Program-made: the position numbers and the translations under genes
Notes under the pieces: model-generated
Seen by the model: the letters and a program-made list of their open reading frames with translations, nothing else
What the model was told of the DNA's origin: nothing
The model's database searches: none
Source: the human T2T-CHM13v2.0 reference genome, Homo sapiens
Strand: one strand, 5' to 3'
Assembly: GCF_009914755.1 (NCBI RefSeq)
Contig: NC_060931.1
DNA length: 64,000 nt
Shown here: positions 31,491-45,570 of the stretch, one piece after another
Layout: the number at the start of each line of letters is the position of its first letter
How positions within the stretch are numbered: position 1 is the first letter of the stretch

Positions 31491-33751
31491 AAAAAAAAGG
31501 ATAAATTTGAGAAATAATTTTGTGTGGTAAATAGTTTGTCCTAAATGTAGTTATTTAAAAGTATAAGAAAATAACTAAAGATCTAAGCATGTCATGGATG
31601 GTTTACGTAAGTCATTACAAGGTTTGTGAAGGGTAGATTTATTAAATTTGTGTGTGATCAAGCTGGCTGTAATTAGAAGGGAATTATTTGTAAGTCTTTC
31701 CAAAGATTAAACTTCGACATAAATATATCCCTCAATCCACAATATAAAACTAAAACTTTGGTCCACTATATTAGAAAGAAGTTTTTTTTTTTCCTAAGTA
31801 TTGATCTGCTCTTAGTAAAAATTAGAGGTTTTCACTTTGAATTCTGAATTCTGCTTCTTAATAGCCATCTTCTAAACTGCAGTTTTTTTTGTTGTTTTTT
31901 TTTTCTGTTTCACAGTCTTCATTTAATTTTCTAGTTTCACGTTAGTAAAGCTGTCTTCTTCACTTAGGATGGTAATTTCATTTCTTGAGGTAGAGTTTTC
32001 CTCTTAAAGCTTCTCAGACTTATATCTCAGAAGTTTAATGTTTGCTGCATCTTACTGCATGTCATACATCACTGCTTTCAACTCTTTCTCCCCTTGAGAA
32101 AGTACACCTTTAATCTTGATTGAGGTGATAACTCTCTCTTTTAACTTTTTCATCAGCTCCTGTCACTTTTTTCCTCTGATTATAACTCTGCTGTTAAAGT
32201 CTAACTCTAAAATGTTTGTCTTGATGGCCTACAAAAGCAATGTTTTCCTCCAGTATAACTTGATTCTGTACACTTGGCTTTTCTTAATGTGTCTGAATTA
32301 TTCCATGTAACCAGAAAAGTTCCCATGCTGTTACTAAAAGCCATGTACTTCCCTGCTCAAGGTACTAGTTTTCTGTTTACACTCATAGTGTGTTCTCACA
32401 AGCTTGACCACACATTCTTCCTGTGTCTGATTAAATTCAAGTACTGTTTTCACTGGGTTCAACTTCCAGGTTATCTAAATGGGCTTCCCATAAGGAGAAG
32501 CAATCATACTGCAAGAGGTTTTTCTTTACTTTTTTGGTAACTGGCCCAAGAAACAAATATTTTGCATTTTATCAAGATAGATAACTTTCTGTGTTTTCTT
32601 ACTAGTTTTTTATTTTTTATTACTCAGGAAAATAGCTTTGAAAGGGTTAACGTTTTTTAAATCCAGGTAACTTTCTATATTGCTTTTGAAGTCCTCTGAT
32701 TATCATTCTGGTTAAATGAATGACTATCATTTCACAATGACCTGTGATCCTGTTTTGATCAGGTGTTTTAAACCTTTTCACATCTTTGATAGACCTCCCT
32801 CCCCAATATCAAAATTCTAAATTAAATATTTTTGACCTAGAACTAACTTTTGGATTTTCTAGCTAGGCCCCTGGAAAGCCTCAAAAGACATATTTTTCAT
32901 ATTGTAAAGATATTAAATGATTAAATTTATTTTGTAAATTGTGTAAGAAGCATTGCCAAATGGTAAGTAATACTGGATCTTCTTTCAGTTATATTTATAG
33001 GTATGTGTTTAATATCAGTGTAAAATTACATAAAACTTAGAGATCTAATATATCATCAAGTCATAATTGTGGTCATTATATGTATGCCACAAAAATCATC
33101 AAATTTCCTTGTCAATTTCTGATTATGGTAAACTTTCATCAAATTTTTATCCATGGCTATTCTAAGTCTCTGTCATCCTACAGTTATTGTTCTGATTTTT
33201 ATCTAAAAGCATTTGCAATCAGATTCATAAAATAAGATTCTAACAAGTACTCTTAAATACAAGTTTCTAGTAACTTAAAGATCAATGGACTCAATAAAAA
33301 TCTATCAGAACTCTAATGAAGAAATGATGGGCTCATGAAACTGCTAATCAAGATCAAACAGAACAAAAATTAATTACATGAGATTGAATAACTGATGAGG
33401 ATGTTTTTATGATTTTTATTTGAAACATTAGTTTTTTGCTTGTTTTTGTTTTCCAGATTTGAGAAAATTTTCTCTCTTAATCTACCTATAGTTTATAGTT
33501 TTATGGAACTGCTAATTAGCAATTTAGTAAAGTATATTTTGTGAACCAAGGTGAAGCACCTGCTTTTTCTCCCCATTTCATTCCTCTAAAATTCAAAAAC
33601 TATTCATGGGTATTTTTTTTCTCCTTGAAAATATGTTTATTCACTAAGTTCAATAAGAATTTGCTCTCTCTTTATAACAGGATATAATTGGAAACACTGG
33701 TTATATTACCAAGACTTTGACTGTCATATCATATTAGAAAATGTGCACAGA

Positions 33752-34092
<341 letters not shown>

Positions 34093-34749
34093 TCAGCCTT
34101 ACAGTGAGTGAGTAAAAAATGCCACTTCCTGGCAGGCCCAGGAACTAAAATCTTAAATCGGCCTTGGTTTGACTTCCTAGACTCAAGAGGTTTTAAAATC
34201 TATGTGATCAACATAGAGAGAAAAGGTTATGTTTCTTTAAAAAAAGCTATAATGTACCTGTTATTAGTTTGCAGTTTTATGCATTGTATTTGAGTTTTAA
34301 TCAACCTGTAGCCTAGACTAGATTCTAAATTCTTCTAGGTTCCCCCAATCCAACTTTCTTCTATAAAATTACTAAAAAGGGGGACTACTTTGTTCCTGAA
34401 GCCTTATACATTGAAGCTAGATGAATTTTAAGGAACAAACCTTGTACCTGATGTGTGGACCACACAGAAGGGTCAACAAACCACTAAATGCCATAACCAG
34501 AGACAGTCGAACTGCAAAGCAGGATAAGAAGTTGACAGTTTCATGATAGAAACAGTTTTTTCGAAGATATTAGAACAAGACTCCACATCATAATGAGACT
34601 CTTACTCCTCTTAATGCCTACCATTTTCACTTGATAGGATAATGGTATAATTGAAATTTTACAATTAGCAGCTTCTGCTGGTAAGTTGACAGAACCTGAC
34701 CTAAAAGATTCTTTAGTCCATCTAGTGGGCAACTTTGGCAACATCCTTA

Positions 34750-35392
<643 letters not shown>

Positions 35393-36190
35393 TTTCTGCA
35401 GAAGTACAACTCCTAACAGAACAATGCTGGCCCAAGCACTTTGCAATGATAGCCAACACCTATGGAACACACAAAATTAACTTAACAACGGACTCTAGGT
35501 AGACTCAGCCACTCCCTTCAAACCTCCCTTGTGGCTAAAAGAGTTCTGACACTGACTCCTAGCCACCATTCACTCCCTTCGACATGTGAACAGACAACAA
35601 CCCAGGACAGCTCCGTTCTGGCACCAAGGGACAATAAAAATCTAACTACAGGATGACTGATCAGCAATGATTTTGGAGAAAAATCTTGATTAAAAGAAAA
35701 AAGTTGTCAGAATCAAAATGGAGTCACATGTGTTAAAAATCCTGACAAACAGAGCCAAGAAAGGCCATGAAGGAAGGGTTCACATGCATAATGTCTGATA
35801 AAAAGAACTATTACAAAAGACAGGAAAAAACATAACCTTGTATAAAGGCTAATGCAATCTTCCACAAAAAATACCTCCATGAGGACATCTGCCAGGCAAA
35901 TCCCTGTCCAGCTCTGAACTGGCGCCATCCTTGTAATTGATCCTTGTAGCAAAGAATAATTATCTCAAAACAATTATGTAATTCTCTTCATTCTTCCTTT
36001 AAAAACCTTGTCTTCCTTTACCTCCCTGAAGATGCAGAGTTTACTACAGCATGTGCTTTCCCATTGCAATGCCAATCCTCAAACAGATATCTTTTTCTTT
36101 TAGAGTCCCTCTCTCTGTTATTTAAGTTGAGAGAGTATATATCCCAAATAAAGATATAAAAACTAGTATGCATACTAAATAGAAAATTAC

Positions 36191-36281
36191 CTTGATATTT
36201 CCCTGAGATAAACAGTCTGCATAGCTTTCTTCAAATGAGGTTCAATATTTCTCCACAGTTTGCGAGTATCACGTTCACTTG
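36191..36281 (-). CDS. ORC5: ORC5 exon 8 ([31 protein letters not shown])
   Basis: 91 nt, ggggtag|CA and CAAG|gtaatt; separated from exon 7 by an 89-nt intron. Confidence 0.97.
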
Positions 36282-36370
36282 CTACCCCAAAGGGAAGAAA
36301 ATTTCAGTAATTTATATCTTGTAAAAACCTTTCTCAAAATAAATATTAATGAGTAAAATTACACAGTTAC

Positions 36371-36419
36371 CTTCTCCTTTAACCACGGGTTCACAATATT
36401 TAGGAAAATTAAGTACTGC
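36371..36419 (-). CDS. ORC5: ORC5 exon 7 (AVLNFPKYCEPVVKGE-A)
   Basis: 49 nt, ttacag|GCA and GAAG|gtaact. Confidence 0.97.
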
Positions 36420-36556
36420 CTGTAAGTAAAGAAAAAAAAAGAGAAGAAAAAAAGCACTGATCGATCACAATTAGAAATTTATTTTTCAAGTAAAATCTGT
36501 ATTGCAGTTCAGGAAATTTTATTTAAACACATTTGCTCAAGTCAAATGTAATTATA

Positions 36557-36720
36557 CGCAGTGGCATGTGCCTGTAATCCCAGCTACTCAGGAGGCTGAG
36601 GCAGGGGGATTGCTTGAGCCCAGGAGATCAAGCCTGTAGTGTGCTGTGACTGCACCTGTGAACAGCCACTGCACTCCAGCCTGGACAACATGGCAAGACC
36701 CTGCTTCTTTCTAAAAAAAA
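36557..36720 (+). mobile_element. FAM (fossil Alu monomer)
   Basis: Contains the FAM-type GTGAACAGCCACTGCACTCC; TSD AAATGTAATT. Confidence 0.8.
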
Positions 36721-36844
36721 ATGTAATTGTAGCTTATTACTATAATAACAAAACAGCAAAAATACTAATAATGACAGCACAACATAAAATATTCCTTAAT
36801 TGGCTAAATTCTGCCTAATACATTAGCCTCTGTATACAAAATTA

Positions 36845-37621
36845 GGAGAAAGGAGCATCTCACCAAAAATATACTTCTTTGGTATATTTTGATATGGCTA
36901 ATCAGAAGGGCTGCAAGCACAAGAACAGCCCTGAAAAGCTGTATTTTGTGAGGGAGATTTGCATCTGTAGAGGAAATAAGAAAACAGCAGATGCAAACAG
37001 GCTTTCTCTGATCACCCCCCACCTTGGATCTAGGAAAGATTAACTCTCAAGAAAGAGACTTGAGGGTCTGACACCTTTGAAGGTGTGACAGAGAAACTTA
37101 GCACAGGCTACCATCTATTCTTTCTGAAAGTTGCTGCCTATGAGGTTTCATTTGCACAAGACTGCCTTCCCTAACCAAGTCTTTGCTCCTCTCCCTCCAA
37201 TAACCTGTTATGCCATGCTCCAAGCCCATTTTCTTTCTGTAACCTCAGGATGTCATAAAAATTTGAACCAGCTGGCCCCCCTTTCTGCCCCCCACCTTTT
37301 GAGTCTCATATTTTGTGTAAGGCTCCTGTGCCCATATGCATATTAATAAATTTGTATGCAATAGCTAATGCATGCAGGGCTTAATACCTAGGTGAGGGGT
37401 TGATAGATGCAGCAAACCACCATGGCACGCATTTTACCTATGTAACAAACCTGCACGCCCCTGCACATGTATCCTGGAACTTAATATAAAATTAAATTTA
37501 AAATTAAATTAAAATTAAAAAATAAATTTGTATGCCTTTTTTTTCCCGTTAATCTATTATTAGTTTGTTTTATAGATTCAAATTATCAAAACTGCAGGGT
37601 AAAAATGTGAACTTCCCTACA
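36845..37621 (+). mobile_element. MER34/MER39-group ERV1 LTR interrupted by a short L1
   Basis: CACCAAAAATATACTTCTTTGG...; ends CCCTACA. Confidence 0.65.
37360..37520 (+). mobile_element. Very short older L1PA 3'-end insertion
   Basis: L1 3' UTR terminus plus A-rich tail; 15-bp TSD AATAAATTTGTATGC at 37345-37359 and 37521-37535. Confidence 0.88.
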
Positions 37622-37784
37622 GTAACAAAGCATAATTTGTTCTTTTAGGTTATATTTATGTCACATAGAACCATAAAACATATAATGAAAAACCTCAAGC
37701 ACAAATAATTAACTGTTGTTTTCTAAGGTCTGAACATTCTCATAAACTAAACATCATTGAGTTTCGTATGACTCAAAGTATTTG

Positions 37785-37935
37785 GATTGGCAGCACTACC
37801 TGTGATTGTTATAAATGCAAGTTCTTGGCACCATCTCAGGCATACCAAATCAGAATCTCTGAGGATGAGACCCAGGAATCTATGTTTAACGATCTCTCTA
37901 GAAACTCTATGTATTCTAAAGTTTGAGGAGTACTA
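37785..37935. mobile_element. MER5-family hAT fragment
   Basis: AATCAGAATCTCTG...CCCAGGAATCT...AGTTTGAG. Confidence 0.65.
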
Positions 37936-38403
37936 ATTAACTAATTATAACTACTTAGTAGTTTTCCATGAATCAACACTGGAATTCTACTGAACAGCAG
38001 TTTAAGCAAACTGGTTAAAAACATACTAATTCCATTTATTTAAAAAAAATATATATATATTAGTTTGTTCCCAAGTATTTCATATCAAAATAATTCAATA
38101 AGGCACAGAAAAAGATATATATAAATGTGTAACTATATAACATATAACTAGATAACAGAAAACTAAGAACCAAATCATTAAAATAATTTCTTCCTATTCT
38201 ACTTCATAAAAAACAATGATTTAAAATAGAAAAATCTTCCAAATTCTACTAAGTGTAGAGAAGAAGAATCAAAAAGAAATTATTCGCTTTAGCCAAACTT
38301 TCTTACCTTAATTTTAGATTTTCAGATCTAAGCATGGTGTAATAACACTAAAGTGTCATAATGTTAACAGCAACTGGTACACAATTTGGCTAATCAAAAT
38401 AAA

Positions 38404-38662
38404 CAACTGACCCTTGAACGACATAGGTTTGAACTGTGAGGGTCCACTTGTCTACAGATTTTTTTTTTTTTCCAACCAAACACAGATCACAAACACAGAT
38501 CAAAAACAGTACTCAGGGAATACAAAACCCATGTATATGGAGGGCTAACTTTTTTATACTCAGGTTCTGCGGAGTTGATCGCAGGGTTTGAGTGTGCTAG
38601 GATTTTGATATATATGGGACTGGTCCTGGAACCAATCCCCCAAGTATACCAAGGGGCAACTG
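38404..38662 (-). mobile_element. MER8 (Tigger2-derived) DNA transposon
   Basis: TIR-like ends CAACTGACCCTTGAAC and CAAGGGGCAACTG. Confidence 0.8.
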
Positions 38663-40444
38663 TATTGATTTTCTCTTTGGTTGAAACACTAAAATATGTT
38701 TAATAATTTATGAATAACAGTTAAAAAGGCAGTATCATAAGGTTTGTTAGAGAAAACAAACCTAAATGAATATCAAAGTAGTACTTCATTTTCTCCTATC
38801 TTAAGCTACCTATAGAACTAGCCTCTGAAAAATACAGAAATATCAATTCATAAAGCATCTTTCCAGAAAAGATCCCTGAAAAGAATATTTTTCAGGTGAT
38901 TTAATAAACTTTCAAGAAATATGCCACTTACAAACTTTGAAACAAACACAAACAACACTATCTGAAGAAAAAAAAGAAAATGAATATCTTTATTCTTCCA
39001 TGTTCTATATATAGAGAAAACTAAGAACATTGTGCTATTTTTCTCTAATGTTTAAGGATCCTTTTCTCTATTATTACCAATAGTAGTATAAGACTTAAAC
39101 CATACTACACATTTATGAATATTATTTTTAAAAAAGCTGTAACCTCACCCTAAATAAAATCATTCCACAGTGAAACTCAAAGAACTTTAAAAAATACCAC
39201 ATTTAAATATATATTTCTCTCTTTACATTTTATTTTCCCATAAATATTTTCCCTAAATTTTTCCTTCTTGTACTTTATAATCTACTTTGAAATGGCTGTC
39301 AGCACAGATTCCCACAGGATTCGAGTGCTAAAGAGTGGTAACTGCAAGTTACTTTCCAGGAAAGACCGAGGAGGATTATCTGCTCCTAAGTCCATCTCAC
39401 TCAGGTGCGTTTTCCTGACCCTCTCCTCTCTGTAAGTCTCTTGTGTTATCATTTCCCTCAGAAGCCAGGGATCCCAAGACATCCAACTTCTAGAGGAATG
39501 TTAGTGATAAGCTTGAACTGGAAAAACTGTTTTGTTTTTTCCCAGCTGAGAAGATGTCTGAAATCTACATGTAAATCAGAGGAGCCCTGAAATCTGAAAC
39601 TTTCAAAAACATACTAAATGTGAGCATAATTTTAAATGATTGCCTTCTGTGTTCTGTCGCAAACACACACTGAATCTAAGTAATACTTTTCAGGGCAAAA
39701 ACAGAAAAAGAACAAAGTGAAGAAAATGTGCTAAGAGACATAGAATCTGTTACTTTGAAAGTGACTGTTTTCCAGCCTCAGATATATTACTATTTTCTGT
39801 TAAATGGAGATAAGATCTTAATTAATTGAAGATTTCTAAAAGGGAAAACAGAAATTCTTGTCTCTTTCCTTTCCCATCCCTACAATTAAAACAAAAAAGG
39901 TCAAAGAAAAATTAAACATCAACATTTTCCAAACTGTCTATGAAATATAAACAGCTATTCTAATTGTTAAAAAAAAAAAATTAAAAAGAACCATCTATAC
40001 AAAGATTACCAGCTCAGGGTCAGTGGTTAATGAAAGACCTGCAATGAAAGCTTCTGACCATACTCAAATCCATCTAGATTCTAGACCTCAATCACCGCAT
40101 ACATAAAACTTGAACAAAATCTGTTACAAAATATTAACAGAGTTGTAAAACTGCTCAAGTTTTTACATCTCTTTTCTGTTATTCCTCATTTTGATTTTTA
40201 TGGAGTTCTGCATTTTCTGCAATTAGAGAAAAAACAAGGAAGAGTAAGAAGATCTGAGAATGACATTTTTCTGATCAGATCAAACAATCAAAGTTTGTAC
40301 TAACCCACAGACATCTACCTTCTTATGGTATGTTAGTCTCTAGAGGCCATATGCAAATTCCCAGAATAAAATTTCAGTTTCTAACCTATCTCATACCATT
40401 TCTACATGGAAAACATTAAAATACATATATACACATATATGTAT

Positions 40445-40478
<34 letters not shown>
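40445..40478. repeat. (AC)11(AT)6 microsatellite just inside intron 6
   Basis: Read directly; 21 nt from the end of exon 6. Confidence 0.95.
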
Positions 40479-40499
40479 TCAAGCAAAATGTTCATTTAC

Positions 40500-40630
40500 C
40501 AGATGTCTGAGCTCTTTCAAATCTCGACAAACAGTGTAGAAAACTCCAAGAAGAATGTTAATGTAGGCAGCATAGAAATCAGCTGAATACTCTGGAGGAT
40601 GATCATGGGACAGGATCTTTTGAAGGTTGC
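40500..40630 (-). CDS. ORC5: ORC5 exon 6 ([44 protein letters not shown])
   Basis: 131 nt, gaacag|GC and CTG|gtaaat; phase compatible with exon 5. Confidence 0.97.
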
Positions 40631-40962
40631 CTGTTCACAGGACACAAAATAACTTATAATGATTAACATAGTACACTAATCATATCTTCAAGCATTTTAT
40701 AACAAAGGTATTAAAAAAAAAACACCCAGACCCAGCAACAATTAAGGAATAATAAAACTATTACAAGATTAGAATACAAAAGTGTGATTTGTGATATAAT
40801 AAAAAATATATATTTGATCTTCACTGCAGTTCCTGGCACAGAGCTTCTAAAAACCCTCATAATTCCCTGAATGAGAAGGATAAGAGGAGTATCTTTTGTT
40901 ACTCATAATAAGTCCTTTTAAAACATACCTCAATTTATACTAATGAGGTGTTTCTTGATGGG

Positions 40963-41333
40963 TGATATGGTTTGGCTCTGTGTCCCCACCCATATCTCAT
41001 TTGAAATTTTCAGTGGAGGAGGGGCCTCGTGGGAGGTGATTGAATCATGAGGCAGACTTCCCCCTAGCTGTTCTTGTGATAGAGTTCTCATGAGATCTGG
41101 TTGTTTCAAAGTGTGCAGCACTTCCCCCTTCATGCTCTCTCTCCTGCTGGCCATGTGAAGATGTGTTTGCTTCCCCTTCACCTTCCACCATGATTCCAAG
41201 TTTCCTGAGGCCTCCCCAGAAGCAGAAGCCTGTACAGCCCACAGACTGTGAGTCTATTAAACCTTTTCTTTATAAATTTATAAATTACCCAGTCTCAGGT
41301 ATGTTTATAGCAGTGTGAGAATGGACTAATACA
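40963..41333 (+). mobile_element. MSTA-like MaLR LTR
   Basis: TGATATGGTTTGGCTCTGTGTCCCCACCC...GGACTAATACA. Confidence 0.88.
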
Positions 41334-41400
41334 GCGGGCCCCTAGATAGCTTCAGGATGGGGACTGGTTGTCAGAGGAACCAACCAAGTGATTAGAGCCC

Positions 41401-41752
41401 TGTATTGTCACATACACTGCTATGAAGAAATACCCATGACTGGGTAATTTACAAAGAAAAGAGGTTTAATTGACTCACAGTTCTGCATGGCTGGGGAGGC
41501 CTCAGGAAACTTACAATCATGGTGGAAAGCACTCAACAGGGCAGTAGGAGAGAGAATGAGTGCCAGCAGGGAAAATGCCGGATACTTATAAAACCAACAG
41601 CTTTCGTGAGAACTCAGTATCTTGAGAACAGCATGGGGGAATCGCACCCATGATTCAATTACCTTCCAACAGGTCCCTCCATGACATGTGGGGATTACGG
41701 GATTATAATTCAAGATGAGATCTCAGTGGGGACACAAAGCCAAACCATATCA
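41401..41752 (-). mobile_element. THE1/MST MaLR LTR, antisense
   Basis: Plus strand ends GCCAAACCATATCA; near-TSD AGCCC/AGGCC. Confidence 0.88.
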
Positions 41753-44129
41753 AGGCCCCACCTCCTGTCCTTGGGAAAAGGAGAAGGGCTAAAGACTGAA
41801 TCCATGACCAATGACCAATGATTTAATCAAATCATGACTATATAATGGCACCTCCATAAAAAAATCCTAAATGATGAGGTTCTGAGAGTTTCCAGGATAG
41901 TAAATATATCCACATGCTGAGAGGGTAGCACACTCCAGCCCCACAGGGACAGAAGCTCCTGAGCTTGGGACCCCACTGGTCCTTGTCCTGTGTACCTGTT
42001 CATCTGGCTGTTCATTTGTATCTTTTATGATAAATGGAGTAAGTACAGTGTTTCCTTGAGTTCTGTGAGCTATTCTAGCAAATTATCAAACCTGAGGAGG
42101 GGCTCATGTGAAACCCCAATTTATAGCCAGTTTTCTGGAGTACAGGTAGAAACCTGGGACTTAGAATGGTGTCTGAAATGCTAATATTCTTGTAGGACTA
42201 AGCCCTTAACTTGTGAGGTCTGCACTAACTTCTGGTAGTTAGTGTCAGAAGTGAATTGAATTTTAGGACACCCATTTGATATCTAGAAAACTGAAGAATT
42301 TGTTGTTGGGTGAACAAAAATACCCCACACATTTGGTGTCAGAAGTGTTTTGAGTAAAAATACTTCTGAAAAAGTAAATCACAATTTTGAAACTGAGGGT
42401 AAAAAAAAAATTATTAAATACTAAGACAAATAGAAAACAATGACATCTAAAGAAAATCTCAACAACCTTATTACCGGCAAAATCAGTAACAAGGGAAAAA
42501 ATACTGTAGATTCTAGTTTATTTTTCTTCCTATTAAGTAAATCAACTAGGAAGAAAAAGGGGATAGTACATAAACTGCCAACAAACTAGAAAATGCTCTT
42601 CATGTTTTATAAAATGAAAAGAATTAATCTTTTTTTACAATAATCATCACCTGATCCTAGTCCTTACTTTGTTATTCCCCCTTGTATAAAACGTATTTTC
42701 TCCCTACAACTTTGATATCTTTACTCTACTTCTATTATATCTCAGACTCTTTATAAAATACCACATTAAGAGTCCTAACCTTATACTTTATCCTGCTGGA
42801 AATAATCATAATTTTAGAAACACAGTAAAATTTAAAGGGAAACAACCATATATTATTCAAAATTTCCCAGTCATAATACAGGAATCAATTAGTCATTCAT
42901 TCCTTATTGTAAGATCCTCTGACTTCTTGGTGCAATGCTCTCCTTAGACTTCTTAGTTAAGAGCTCTTTGCATATGACTACAACTTTAAACCTAGTTCCA
43001 GAGGGCTCAAGTTTTTTGCAAAAATTACAAGGAAAAACTCTTCCAGGATATTCTAATCATGTCAATTTCCTTTTGTTTAAGGTTCCCAGTAAGTTAGTAT
43101 TTTTAGCCAGGCCATTTACCATTGGCCCTTGATTTTAACCACTCTTGTGCCTGCCAATCAATTAGATGCAGGTACAAGATCAAAAAATATATATGAACTA
43201 TCTGAAAATTTATAAACAGAAGTTTAGAAATAGCTCTATTAAGGAATATTTAAACACAGAAGTTGACAAAAAAAATTTCAAAGCCTAGTTTTATACTTAG
43301 AATATTAGCCTGAATGGATACTAGATGAGACACTGTTACTGAATTTGCTTTTTTATTTCAAAACTGCTGAAAAAAAAAAAAAAAGCCAAAACTTCCCTGT
43401 AGAGTCCATGTACTTTTACATTCTAATAGCAAACTTTAAATATAATGTCACTAAGTTTTTTTAACTAGGCATGGGGAAATAGTTAATATACTGAAAATTT
43501 CTAAAAGGTACCATAAAACTTAGAAACAAAGATATCTACCTATAAAACCTACCAAATAACTGGATGGATGTAAGAAAAGAGAGATGGAAGGAAGACATAA
43601 ATGATCACAGAGATTAACATACATAAAGCAAAACAACAACAACAACAAACTTCTATAAATGAATGGCTAAGAAAATCTGGAAAACAGTTGAGTCTCCAGC
43701 TCAGACTGCACTTCTGAGTACCCCTTGAACATCTCCATCTAGGTATTCCTTACAGGTAGCCCTCTGTATCCCATAAGACAGTTGATTAGATGTTATCACC
43801 GGCCGATTTCAGCCCTGATGAAAGTCTTATAAGAATAGGAATCCTCACTGTGTTGCTGTAAAAGTAACCTAGCAACTTGTTTATAGACTACAGACAAAAA
43901 TCTCAGAGTATAATTCTATAATAAGCAAGTCATGCCAGCTCTAACAGTCTAGGACTATTCAAATTCATTAAAAAAAAATCCCATCTATAATAGAAAGCTG
44001 AAAACAGTGTATCATGAGGTAGTAAACAAAGGGTAGGAGAAACCCACTGGTTGTCTCCTTGGGTCTTAAAATTTCACTATCCAAGTATAGGCTAATGTGC
44101 AAAGAAAAGCCATTCCTACCTTGGAGAGA

Positions 44130-45570
44130 GACTTCTGCTTCCAGTTGTGAGGGAGTAGGAACATCCAGAAATACCCTCCTCTAATAATCAATTAAAAACT
44201 GGACACACTATAGAAAACAACTATTTTTAAATATCAAACAAATGGCAGTAACGGACCGTAATACCTGAGAAAAGGTAAACAAATAAGGTGAGTCCTACCA
44301 TCAGCCAGGCTTTCTAACAAGAAGTAATTTTAAGACTGTGGTACAAGGAGACTTTCAAAAGGAGCTCATTTATCCTACTGAGTTGAGGAGACAGAGACCA
44401 GAGCTGAGGGAGCTGAGGTAGCTAGAATTTGCAGGGTAGAGTACCTGAGGGGAGGAAGCTATGCCAAAAAAGAGCTCCAGAAATCTGTACAGGGGTTCCC
44501 CTCAAGTCTTAGCTTAATACCAATCTGTGTATGCATAGGGTAAAACCCTAGCCATGCAAGAACAACTTTTAGGGAAAAAACAATTATTGGAGAGCTATAT
44601 GTCAATTCCCAGAAATCACACAGGGCTGTGAATTTTTCATGTTGCCACTAGTCAGAAGGCAGAGACCATGCTAAACATACAGGGCATTCAGTAGAGATTC
44701 CAGAAAAACTATGTCTTAGAAGTAGAGCTAAAATTAGCCCTGGAATAATGGCTACTCTGGATCATCTCTCCAAAAAAAGCTTAAAAATAGCCTTAAAAGG
44801 GTCAACTGTATCTGTAAGTAATTAAAAATGCTAATGAGAAAAAGTCCAAAACACAACAAAAAGCACAATGTCTATAATTCTATCAAAAACTACTAGACAC
44901 ATGAAAAAGCATAATGGATACCCAAGATGGAGAAAAATTACTCGGTGGGAACAAACCCAAAACAAAAGAGGTAACTGAATTAGTACACAAGAAAATTAAA
45001 ACAACTATCATAAGTATGCTCATATGCTCAAGGATACAAAAGAAAACAAAAGCACAATGAGATCAGTAATGAAATATTCTACAGGATTAGATTAGCTGCC
45101 CACTAGACACTTGTTAAAAAAAAAAAAAGAAGTCAGTGAACTGAAAGATATAGAAACAAAAAACAATCCCAAATAAAACACACACACACAAAGATTTAAA
45201 ATTTAAATAAACAGACTTTCAGTGGGACAATATAAAGTGCTCTAACATAGCTATAATGCAATCCCACACAAAAAAGATAGAGAAGAAAAGGTGAGGGGGG
45301 CAGACAAAATATTTGAAGAAACACTGCCTGAAATTTTTCCAAAGCTGATGAAACTATACACCCACAGACTTAAGAACTCAACAAATCCCCAGCAGGATAA
45401 ACAATAAAAGTTATTTTCTTTTTTGTCCTGTTATTTTTTAAAGCCAAAATAATAATATTTAATATCTGAGGTTTATAATAATAGTTGAGGTTTTATAATT
45501 AATATAGTATTACATGGTTTATAATAAATATAGAAGTAAAATGTAAGACAACAGCAGTACAAATGTTCTT
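44130..45570 (+). mobile_element. Ancient L1M 5' region (UTR and ORF1 remnant)
   Basis: GACTTCTGCTTCCAG start; ORF1-like ATATTTGAAGAAA...GAAATTTTTCCAAA. Confidence 0.6.

Larger units (their letters stand above)
40783..42365 (+). mobile_element. MER21-family LTR containing two nested MaLR LTRs
   Basis: TGTGATATAAT...GGCACAGAGCTTCTAAAAACCC start; TGGTGTCAGAAGTG repeats near the end. Confidence 0.8.

Noticed and set aside
42240-42350. Second provirus suggested by TGGTGTCAGAAGTG PBS-like motifs
   Set aside because: These motifs are part of the MER21 element end, and no internal retroviral sequence follows.
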